Below the pieces are notes generated by a model. That model searched no databases. It was not told where the DNA came from and saw nothing but the letters and a program-made list of their open reading frames with translations. The position numbers and the translations under genes are program-made. From a virus (Duplodnaviria > Heunggongvirae > Uroviricota > Caudoviricetes): DNA of 16,805 nt. Below, in pieces: positions 1 to 7,378 of the stretch. The DNA is taken from the IMG/VR virus record IMGVR_UViG_2974602345_000001, positions 141,332 to 158,136 of that record; one strand, written 5' to 3'. Numbering within the stretch: position 1 is the stretch's first letter; each line of letters begins with the position of its first letter.

Positions 1-1416
1 CTGGACTTCAAGGAGTCCATTGACGCCTACACCTCGATGCTCAAGAATGAGTATCTTCACACCATCCCTGAGCGAGTGATTGCAAACAAAGAACTGCTGA
101 TCAAGCACTCCAAGCAGTTCTTCCAGTCACTCGGTACTGAGAAGTCGTTCCTGTTCAAGATCCTCTATGGCGAAGATGTTGAACTGTACTATCCAAAGAC
201 TGACATTCTGCGTGCGTCAGACGCCCACTGGATCGACAACGAAAGTATGATGTATGTGTCGAACAGCGGTAACGTGAACAACTTCCTGTACCGCCGAATC
301 ACCCAGAAGCGTGAACTGGCTGCGTTTCCAGGGCAGTATGAATACGCCTATGCCACTGTCAACCGTATCATCAACCGCTATGCAAACAAATTCAACTTCG
401 CCGAGTTGTACCTGACTGATATCCAAGGCGAGTTCAAGCTGACTCACCCTGTGACGGTCGATGACGTAAACGTGGAGTGGATCCTGCCCATCGCTGACTC
501 TGTCGAGATCAACTCGCCAGGGTTGAACTATGTGGCTGACAACACGATGACTTGGGCGGGCGACAGTCACTTTGAACTGGTGTTGACTGCGACTGAACCT
601 GGCTACATCGACACTCGATACACAACTCTGTTCAACGCCGACGAGCTGACCGTTAGTATCAACGGCGCTACGGTGTCAAATTTCACGTATGACGGCAAGA
701 CTGTTCAACATCCGGACATTCTACCGAGTGTGGACGTAACCGTGCGATGGCCGGTATACAAAGGCTTCATCATTGTTAGCTCAGTCGATGCTCTGGGCGG
801 CATTCTTGATGTTGCTCTTGTTGATACGCCGTTCGGTATCGTCACGCCTCAGCTGCTCCAAGCGGATGAGGGTGGTTCAGGGGGTAGTGTAACTCTCATT
901 CCTTCGGTAACTCGAAAGATTGACGGCTACTTCATGACAACTGACAGCTTCCTGTCAAGCGACAAGATGCTTCAGGACTCTGAGTACTACCAGGACTATT
1001 CGTACGTCATCCGTGCAGGTATCGACGTTGAGAAGTATCGTGACATCGTGCTGCAGGTTCTTCACCCCGCTGGCTTGAAGATGTACGGTGAAGTGAACAT
1101 CATCGAGTTCATCAAGCTGATCATCCGTGATGAAAGCTTCGACATCATTGTCAACTTCGCCGGTGAGATTGAGTTCTTGTCAGCCGTTCCGCTGTACAAC
1201 CGGTATGGGTTCGTTGAAGACTTCAAGCACGCCCAGACGTCTGAAACTTACAAGGTGAATGACTTCAAGCACATGGTTGTCGGCGATGTGATGACCAAGT
1301 TCAACAAGCCGCTGAACTATCACTTCTCCAACATTGAGTACAACGAGGGTCCGTACTCTGACCCGACCTATGTTGATGATGATTACGTTGTGGATGCAAT
1401 CTACCACACCGGCTAA
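1..1416 (+). CDS. gp7: Baseplate wedge subunit, T4 gp7-like (5'-truncated by window)
   Basis: Frame is open from base 1 (LDFKESIDAYTS precedes the track Met at 37). LIKHSKQFFQSLGTEKSF..ILYG near the start and LSSDKMLQDSEYYQDYSYVIR...VLHPAGLKMYGEV near the end match motifs I recognise in gp7-like wedge proteins of T4-superfamily phages. Position directly upstream of RBP genes fits. Confidence 0.75.
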   Translation: MDFKESIDAYTSMLKNEYLHTIPERVIANKELLIKHSKQFFQSLGTEKSFLFKILYGEDVELYYPKTDILRASDAHWIDNESMMYVSNSGNVNNFLYRRITQKRELAAFPGQYEYAYATVNRIINRYANKFNFAELYLTDIQGEFKLTHPVTVDDVNVEWILPIADSVEINSPGLNYVADNTMTWAGDSHFELVLTATEPGYIDTRYTTLFNADELTVSINGATVSNFTYDGKTVQHPDILPSVDVTVRWPVYKGFIIVSSVDALGGILDVALVDTPFGIVTPQLLQADEGGSGGSVTLIPSVTRKIDGYFMTTDSFLSSDKMLQDSEYYQDYSYVIRAGIDVEKYRDIVLQVLHPAGLKMYGEVNIIEFIKLIIRDESFDIIVNFAGEIEFLSAVPLYNRYGFVEDFKHAQTSETYKVNDFKHMVVGDVMTKFNKPLNYHFSNIEYNEGPYSDPTYVDDDYVVDAIYHTG

Positions 1417-1419
1417 ATA
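1412..1419 (+). promoter_or_regulatory. Putative T4-type late promoter (GCTAAATA) overlapping the gp7 stop codon
   Basis: TAAATA core, with TAA at 1414-1416 being the gp7 stop. It lies 33 nt upstream of the TSP1 ATG, matching the 34-37 nt spacing of the three CATAAATA copies. Confidence 0.6.
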
Positions 1420-1452
1420 ATCAACAGAGACCCATTACCAAGGTTAAACAGA

Positions 1453-3435
1453 ATGACGGCAGATAAGACAAAGGTAGTTCAGCGTGGGATCAAAGGGTCG
1501 AAACTGACCCACCCTGAACTAGATGGTAACTTCCAGGAGCTGGTCAACGTCATTGACGATGTTGCAGCTATTCCAAACACATTTGCGACCATTGCTTCGC
1601 TTGAGGTTGTAGAGACGGCTCTCCAATCAAAAACAGAGCAGACTGACATTGATCAGTCCATTGATGCACTTGAAACCAACCTTAGTGCAACTGATGGTGC
1701 AACGCGGGTGGGTCACGGGGCTGGTACTGTAGCAGCAGCACTCGATGCAGTGACTGACGTTACTGACTCGCTGACGTCGGACACTGGATCTGACGTCGTC
1801 AAGATCCGCGGGCGAACTATCACTGAGCGCTTTGATGACGCCCTTAACGTTCTTGACTTTGTTCAAAAGCCCTACACGGATACATCAAAGCATCAAGCGG
1901 GTATTGTAGCAGCAATTGCAGCCGCCAAGCTTCAAAACAAAGAACTGTATTGGCCTATGCTGCTCACTAGCACTGAAGCGTTGGCTGACTTGCATACAGT
2001 TCGTCATCGTGGTCCTGGTGGAATTGTAGCTGGCTCTGACACGTTCTACGTTGACCCAACACCTACACAATCAAACAAGCTGTACATGGCCCCTAGTGGC
2101 ACGGGTGATGGTATCACCAGCGCACGACCGTTGAATGGGTTTACTGGTACAATAAGCGTCCTTCAGCAGTATGCACCTCTTTGCACTCGTTGGGATGTTG
2201 TGGGTTCGGCGGGCACTTACATTGAGACTGTGGTTATCCCCGACTGGATTGCAATCGGTCGCAGCTACCTTGCGTTCACCTTCCCTGCACCAGTGGGTGA
2301 TCGTGCAGAGCCCGCTACCTACCCTGCAATCCTGAGTGGTAGCGGCTTGACTGCACTGCAAGGCTTCCTGTCAGGTCTTGGTAACCGGATCAGTATCAGC
2401 AACCTCGCCGTCAACAACTGGTACGATTCAGCACTGACAAACGTCAACCAGGTGCGTCGTGGCTTGAGTGTAAGCTCAGGTAGCTTTGTCTACCTTGTCA
2501 ACTGCGCAATGACAAACAACGGCTTGGCAAACGTGTCTGCTCTACCAGGTGGTACTGCTGTAGTCACAGGTGGCGTATACGATGGCGCTCGGTACGGCTT
2601 CGACAACACAGGTGGCCGCTTGTCGTTCAGTGCTACCACTACCACATACTCGGTAGTTCGAAACGCACTGGAATACGGCCTGTATCAGAAGCACGATTCG
2701 TCTACAGTGATGGACTACACTGAGTTCAGAAACTGCGGTAAGATTGCAGCTGCGGTAAGCTACGGTGCAGCTATCTTCGCGTACAAGTCGAACGCATCCG
2801 TTGACACCCGTGGCGTGAAGTTCTACGCCAACAACATCTGCTGGAACGTCCGTGGCGGCTTTGTTGCTGACAACCCTGGTATTCCTGATGTGTACGGTAC
2901 TGGTGCTGACGCCAACGCTCGCCGTTATCTGTGCCGTGGCGGTGGTCGTGACGACATCGACACCTATGAAACCAACTCAGTGAATGACATCACCAAGCGC
3001 TTTGGCGGTGGTTCGACTACCAGTGCAACCGATGTTCTGTTGCTTGATGCGATTGCTACTACCCGTGAAGGCTACCTGGCCAACACTGACCAATGCTTGA
3101 AAATGCAGCTGTTCTGCCGTGCCCAAACGGGTGACGCGCTGATCACTCCTCTGCTTCGCCATGCAGGTGGCACTGTTTCACTGGGTACCTATCGCATTAC
3201 TGCAGGCAAGTACGGTGAGATTCGTCTGGTCATTCGACCAACCAGTGGACAGACTACCCTCCAAGTCAACTTTGCGTGCACAGACGCAATTCAAAACTTG
3301 GGTGCAGCAGTTGGTCAGATCATCTCATCTACTGTGGACTTGAAAACTGTCAGTCTGTCAGTCGAGGTCAATGGTCGCGCAGAGGGCGGTGGTACGGCAT
3401 CTTTGATGACATGTATCGTAGAAAAGAGCGGTTGA
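1453..3435 (+). CDS. Tailspike/receptor-binding protein 1 (anchor-type N-terminus, beta-helix-like body, C-terminal beta-sandwich-like domain)
   Basis: 660 aa. N-terminal KGSKLTHPELDGNF motif typical of phage tail-fibre attachment segments, GA..VGHG neck, ALNVLDF pectate-lyase-3-like start, G/N/T-rich repetitive beta body. RBS AAGG upstream. Confidence 0.8.
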   Translation: MTADKTKVVQRGIKGSKLTHPELDGNFQELVNVIDDVAAIPNTFATIASLEVVETALQSKTEQTDIDQSIDALETNLSATDGATRVGHGAGTVAAALDAVTDVTDSLTSDTGSDVVKIRGRTITERFDDALNVLDFVQKPYTDTSKHQAGIVAAIAAAKLQNKELYWPMLLTSTEALADLHTVRHRGPGGIVAGSDTFYVDPTPTQSNKLYMAPSGTGDGITSARPLNGFTGTISVLQQYAPLCTRWDVVGSAGTYIETVVIPDWIAIGRSYLAFTFPAPVGDRAEPATYPAILSGSGLTALQGFLSGLGNRISISNLAVNNWYDSALTNVNQVRRGLSVSSGSFVYLVNCAMTNNGLANVSALPGGTAVVTGGVYDGARYGFDNTGGRLSFSATTTTYSVVRNALEYGLYQKHDSSTVMDYTEFRNCGKIAAAVSYGAAIFAYKSNASVDTRGVKFYANNICWNVRGGFVADNPGIPDVYGTGADANARRYLCRGGGRDDIDTYETNSVNDITKRFGGGSTTSATDVLLLDAIATTREGYLANTDQCLKMQLFCRAQTGDALITPLLRHAGGTVSLGTYRITAGKYGEIRLVIRPTSGQTTLQVNFACTDAIQNLGAAVGQIISSTVDLKTVSLSVEVNGRAEGGGTASLMTCIVEKSG

Positions 3436-3438
3436 CCC

Positions 3439-3465
3439 AAAGCCCTCCTAGGAGGGCTTTTCTTT
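3439..3465 (+). terminator. Intrinsic terminator after TSP1
   Basis: Perfect 22-bp palindrome AAAGCCCTCCTAGGAGGGCTTT (3439-3460) followed by TCTTT, 3 nt after the stop codon. Confidence 0.9.
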
Positions 3466-3471
3466 GACTAT

Positions 3472-3479
3472 CATAAATA
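3472..3479 (+). promoter_or_regulatory. Putative T4-type late promoter CATAAATA
   Basis: 7/8 match to the T4 late consensus TATAAATA, 37 nt before the TSP2 ATG, conserved in three cassettes. Confidence 0.8.
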
Positions 3480-3516
3480 GACGCATATACGAATTGTCTT
3501 CAAGAGAAGGACTGAC

Positions 3517-5292
3517 ATGTCAATTATCAAGGTTAACCAAATTCAGGACATCGAGGGCGAAAACGGGATCAACGTCAGTGATCTTGTAAGTAAGATTACC
3601 CTCGCCTCGAGTACCGGATCTTCACAGATTGGTCACGGTGTAGGTACTGTTGAAGATGCGTTGGATGCTGTAAAGAGTGTTACTGACTCACTCACATCCA
3701 GTACAGGATCTAACTCAATCATGTACAAGGGTAGGTCAGTTTCTGATCGATTGGGTGATAGTGTAAGTGTAAAGGACCATGGTGCCGTAGGTAACGGGAC
3801 GGATGCAACTGCAGCGTTCAACGCTGCTCTGGCTGTCAGCTCGTCTGTGTATGTACCTGAAGGTGTGTACTTGATCGGAGACGTTGAGCTGAACGGTAAA
3901 CGTTTGTACGGTAATGGCACCATACTCAAGAAATCAACAGCGCAGCAATCCATCATTGTGAAGGGTAACGGCTCTGAAGTGATTGGCTTGAAGTTCAAGA
4001 GCCAATCTGCCAACGGACAACCTAACACTGACATTCGGCTTGGAGATGGTGCCAAAAACGTTCGCATCAAAGGGAACCACTTTGCGGGTAGAACCTACAG
4101 TGCAATCTACGGTGCTGACGACACTACAACGACGCTCTACACCAACCCAGTAGACGGTGTTGTAATTGAAGGTAACGTGTTTGATGCAGAGGACAAGGTG
4201 AACAACCTCAGGTATGCTCGCCACATCTACCTGCGTGAGGTTAAGAACCTGGTTGTTACGGGCAACTTGTTCAGAAACAGCTCATTTGACTCTATTCGTC
4301 TACGGGGCAGGAACGGGTACTGCATCATAACATCCAACAACTTCACCGACATTGGTTTGTTCCCGCCACCTGACGACCAAACCCGCGATGCGGTTGATAC
4401 ATACTGGGGCGGCGATCTGTTGATTGTGTCAAACAACACAATTAGCGGGGTTGGATACATTGGCTTGGACTTGAAGAACTCGGCCCGTAGTGGTGTTGAT
4501 GATGCTGGAGTTGTGGGTGAACGTACTCGTCAGTTCATAGTAACAGGGAACATCATTGACAAGACTTGGATGGCAGGTATTGTTATCTCTGGTGATGACT
4601 CATCTACTCTGCCACTCCATAGTTGCATTGTCCATGGTAACATTATCCGCAGGTTTAACCAGTCAGCCACTGGTACCGGTACTGGCCAATCAGGGATAAA
4701 CATAAAGGCGTTGGCTCGCCATGTGAAGATCTCAACGAACATCATCCAGGAGGGTAATGCTCGTGGCGTGTTTGTTGAGGGGACGACTGCGTACTTGGAC
4801 CTTGTGTTCAACACGATCATCAACAACGCTGAGGCTGGTGCTGTATTGACTGATGTTCAAGACATGAAGATCATCGGTAACACTATGGCCCAAGACACAA
4901 ACGTTCCGAATAGCGGTCAGCAGGCAACAGGGTTGATTGTGTCAAACCCATCCAACCTCGCTAAGACTATGATCATGGCGTTCAACACGTTCAAAGACAA
5001 CGGGACGTTGCAAGTGTCTCTGAACCCGTCAGGGAACAGGTTTACCGGGTTTGCACAAATCATTGGTAACATCGAGTCGGGCCCAGGAAAAATGTCTGAC
5101 AGCTACCCTAGAACAGGGCACTCGAGGCGTATCATGCACGGTACTGCGATTCCAACTTCAGCAGACGGAACCTTTGAAGTGGGTGACATTCTGTACAACG
5201 TTGCACCCGTTGCTGGTGGGTTCATGGGCTGGTCTTGCGTTACTGCTGGGTCACCTGGCACGTGGAAGACGTTCGGTGCCATCAGCGCTTGA
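3517..5292 (+). CDS. Tailspike 2, right-handed beta-helix depolymerase-like
   Basis: 591 aa. VSVKDHGAVGNGTDATAAFNAALAVSSSVYVPEGVY (Pectate_lyase_3-like), repeated IxGN/VxNN beta-helix rungs (IEGNVF, VTGNLF, VSNNTI, VTGNII, VHGNII), C-terminal PT..GTF.VGD..YN..P..G..GW.C...GSPGTW motif. RBS AAGGA. Confidence 0.9.
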   Translation: MSIIKVNQIQDIEGENGINVSDLVSKITLASSTGSSQIGHGVGTVEDALDAVKSVTDSLTSSTGSNSIMYKGRSVSDRLGDSVSVKDHGAVGNGTDATAAFNAALAVSSSVYVPEGVYLIGDVELNGKRLYGNGTILKKSTAQQSIIVKGNGSEVIGLKFKSQSANGQPNTDIRLGDGAKNVRIKGNHFAGRTYSAIYGADDTTTTLYTNPVDGVVIEGNVFDAEDKVNNLRYARHIYLREVKNLVVTGNLFRNSSFDSIRLRGRNGYCIITSNNFTDIGLFPPPDDQTRDAVDTYWGGDLLIVSNNTISGVGYIGLDLKNSARSGVDDAGVVGERTRQFIVTGNIIDKTWMAGIVISGDDSSTLPLHSCIVHGNIIRRFNQSATGTGTGQSGINIKALARHVKISTNIIQEGNARGVFVEGTTAYLDLVFNTIINNAEAGAVLTDVQDMKIIGNTMAQDTNVPNSGQQATGLIVSNPSNLAKTMIMAFNTFKDNGTLQVSLNPSGNRFTGFAQIIGNIESGPGKMSDSYPRTGHSRRIMHGTAIPTSADGTFEVGDILYNVAPVAGGFMGWSCVTAGSPGTWKTFGAISA

Positions 5293-5295
5293 CTC

Positions 5296-5322
5296 AAAGC
5301 CCTCCTAGGAGGGCTTTTCTTT
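5296..5322 (+). terminator. Intrinsic terminator after TSP2
   Basis: Same 22-bp palindrome as 3439-3460 (5296-5317) plus T-rich tail. Confidence 0.9.
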
Positions 5323-5328
5323 GACTAT

Positions 5329-5336
5329 CATAAATA
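5329..5336 (+). promoter_or_regulatory. Putative T4-type late promoter CATAAATA
   Basis: Same motif as 3472 and 7329; 34 nt before the TSP3 ATG. Confidence 0.8.
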
Positions 5337-5370
5337 GAACACATAGTGCATTATCATAGAAGGGCATGCA

Positions 5371-7290
5371 ATGTCAATCACCAGAACTAACACGTTGGCT
5401 GATGTGAATGGTAACAACTCCATTAATGTCAGCGAACTGGCGAGTAAAGTCGTCATGAGTGCGCCTGAAGGTGCATCAAAGATCGGGTACGGCAATCGAA
5501 CTCAAGAGCAAAAGAACGGTGACGTACTCTCAGTTCGTGATTATATCACAACCGCAGTCAACGGCGTGACCAGCAACCAGGCGGGCATTGTTGCAGCCGT
5601 TGCAGCTGCTAAGTCTTCAGGAGCAAGTCTCCATTGGCCTGCCGGCACATATGTGTCCACCGCAAGTATTCCTGACTTCCACTCAGTTCGCCACACAGGT
5701 CCTGGCGTTGTAAAACGCGGTACAAACCTGTTCAGCATCAGTCAGTTTGACTCAGCAATGAACACGCTGTTCGTTAGCACTTCCGGGTTGACTACCAATG
5801 ACGGCCTTTCATCGACTGAGGCAATGCTTAGCCCTAACGCTGCCGTTAACCTGTGGGGTGCAAAGTACGCTGCAACTGCATGCGGGCCATGGAAAATCAA
5901 AATCGCAGCAGGTACCTACTTTGAGAGTATCATTGCTCAAGGGTACCAGTCAAACAAAGAGATTTTCCTTGAGGGTGAGTATGACGCAGTCAACCAGGTC
6001 CCACTCACGATCATGGATGGCTCTGTTGGAGCGACAAACAGTGGGATCATCTTCACTACCTACGGGTGGGTGAACTGCAAATGGATACTTTGCCAAAACT
6101 TCACTACCGTTGGCGCAGGCGGTTTCAACATCGGCAACTATGGTCGCATGACTATTGACACTTGCCATGCGTACAACAACAACCTGGTTGGCTTCAGTGC
6201 AGCTCAAGCAGCTGACTTGCGCATCATTGGTCGTTGCTATATCAAGCCGTCAGCAAACGGCACTGGTGTTACCTACTACCGGCAGTGCACAGGTAGCTGG
6301 TCTGATGCCACGGGTGAGATCATTATCGATGGTTTCAACAACGCAGCGACCACTGGTGTTCTGGTTCGTGACAACTCGTATGTGGTTGCAGGGTGCAAAC
6401 TGACGGTCCGGAACTGCACATCGCAAGCAGTTTGGTTGCGTCGCCATTCGTACCTTGAAGTGCGTGATTACGAGATCACCAACAACAACATCGCGTTCGA
6501 CCTGCGTGACTTGTCCCTGCTTGCACCAAACGGCGGCACTCAAGTTCTGACGGGCAACACTCAAGATTATGCTTACAAGAACTTCTCACTGCCATGGGAC
6601 ACTGCTTCAAACATGGCTATTGGTGCAGATGGTCCATCTGTTCAAGCACCTTCTGCTGGTAACTACGCACTGGTAGTTTCAGGCAAAAGCCAAGTGGGCC
6701 AACAGTTCCTGACTGATGCATCAACTTCAACGATCAACATTGATTTCAACAAGAAAGGCAGTTTGGTCTACGCGCAAACTGACAACACTTTGCGGATTGC
6801 GCTTAACAGTGCAGACGCTTATCGCTTTGCAGCTTCAGTGTTCTACCCTACTGTTGACAACGCAAAAACACTGGGTGGTTCATCATTCAGGTGGTCAACC
6901 ATCTACGCCGGTACTAGTACTATCAACACCTCGGATGAAACCGCTAAGCAGCAGATCAAGCCGATTGACGACGCGTGTCTGCGCGCATGGGCCAACGTTG
7001 AATACGTCCAGTACAAATTCAACGACGCAGTTGAAGCAAAGGGCGATGGTGCTCGTTGGCACTTCGGTCTGATTGCTCAGCGCGTCAAGAAGGCGTTTGA
7101 GGATGAAGGTCTCAATGCGTTCGACTACGGTCTGCTCTGCTATGACGAGTGGGACGAACAGCCGGAAGAGGTTGACGAAGAAGGTAACATCATCCAAGCA
7201 TACCTTGCAGCGGGCAGCCGTTACGGCATCCGTTACGAGGAAGCGCTTGCACTTGAGTGCGCCTATCTGCGTAGTCTGTTGAAGAAGTAA
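5371..7290 (+). CDS. Tailspike/tail fibre 3 with C-terminal intramolecular chaperone (Peptidase_S74-like autocleaving domain)
   Basis: 639 aa. PTVDNAKTLGGSSFRWSTIYAGTSTINTS|D (Ser521 at 6931-6933) followed by WHFGLIAQRV..AF..EGL...DYGLLCYDEW and RYGIRYEEAL, classic endosialidase-type chaperone motifs. Beta-helix-like middle region. Confidence 0.9.
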   Translation: MSITRTNTLADVNGNNSINVSELASKVVMSAPEGASKIGYGNRTQEQKNGDVLSVRDYITTAVNGVTSNQAGIVAAVAAAKSSGASLHWPAGTYVSTASIPDFHSVRHTGPGVVKRGTNLFSISQFDSAMNTLFVSTSGLTTNDGLSSTEAMLSPNAAVNLWGAKYAATACGPWKIKIAAGTYFESIIAQGYQSNKEIFLEGEYDAVNQVPLTIMDGSVGATNSGIIFTTYGWVNCKWILCQNFTTVGAGGFNIGNYGRMTIDTCHAYNNNLVGFSAAQAADLRIIGRCYIKPSANGTGVTYYRQCTGSWSDATGEIIIDGFNNAATTGVLVRDNSYVVAGCKLTVRNCTSQAVWLRRHSYLEVRDYEITNNNIAFDLRDLSLLAPNGGTQVLTGNTQDYAYKNFSLPWDTASNMAIGADGPSVQAPSAGNYALVVSGKSQVGQQFLTDASTSTINIDFNKKGSLVYAQTDNTLRIALNSADAYRFAASVFYPTVDNAKTLGGSSFRWSTIYAGTSTINTSDETAKQQIKPIDDACLRAWANVEYVQYKFNDAVEAKGDGARWHFGLIAQRVKKAFEDEGLNAFDYGLLCYDEWDEQPEEVDEEGNIIQAYLAAGSRYGIRYEEALALECAYLRSLLKK

Positions 7291-7293
7291 ACC

Positions 7294-7322
7294 AATCCCG
7301 CCCTAACCGGCGGGATTTCTTT
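7294..7322 (+). terminator. Intrinsic terminator after TSP3
   Basis: Stem AATCCCGCC (7294-7302) / GGCGGGATT (7309-7317), 6-nt loop, then TCTTT. Different hairpin from copies A/B. Confidence 0.85.
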
Positions 7323-7378
7323 GACTATCATAAATAGACGTATATGAATTATCTTCAAGAGAAGGACTGTCATGTCAA
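7316..7378 (+). repeat. Intergenic cassette copy C (promoter + leader)
   Basis: TTTCTTTGACTATCATAAATAGACG...GAATT.TCTTCAAGAGAAGGACTG.CATGTCAA is near-identical to 3459-3523. Confidence 0.9.
7329..7336 (+). promoter_or_regulatory. Putative T4-type late promoter CATAAATA
   Basis: Third identical copy; 35 nt before the TSP4 ATG. Confidence 0.8.

Larger units (their letters stand above)
3438..3481 (+). repeat. Intergenic cassette copy A (terminator + late promoter)
   Basis: 44 bp identical to 5295-5338 (CAAAGCCCTCCTAGGAGGGCTTTTCTTTGACTATCATAAATAGA). Its downstream leader up to the ATG is near-identical to copy C (7316-7378). Confidence 0.95.
5295..5338 (+). repeat. Intergenic cassette copy B
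   Basis: 44 bp identical to 3438-3481 (50 bp with one mismatch if the preceding TTGAC is included). Confidence 0.95.

Noticed and set aside
133-171. GTEKSFLFKILYG looks about two residues shorter than the gp7-like pattern I remember (possible small in-frame deletion in a TTC-AAG-like repeat)
   Set aside because: Based on memory only; the frame is intact and it cannot be judged without an alignment.
3496-3512. Possible hairpin GTCTTC-AAGA-GAAG(G)AC occluding the TSP2 (and TSP4) Shine-Dalgarno
   Set aside because: Only 4-6 bp with a bulge and weaker in copy C; too unstable to claim translational control.
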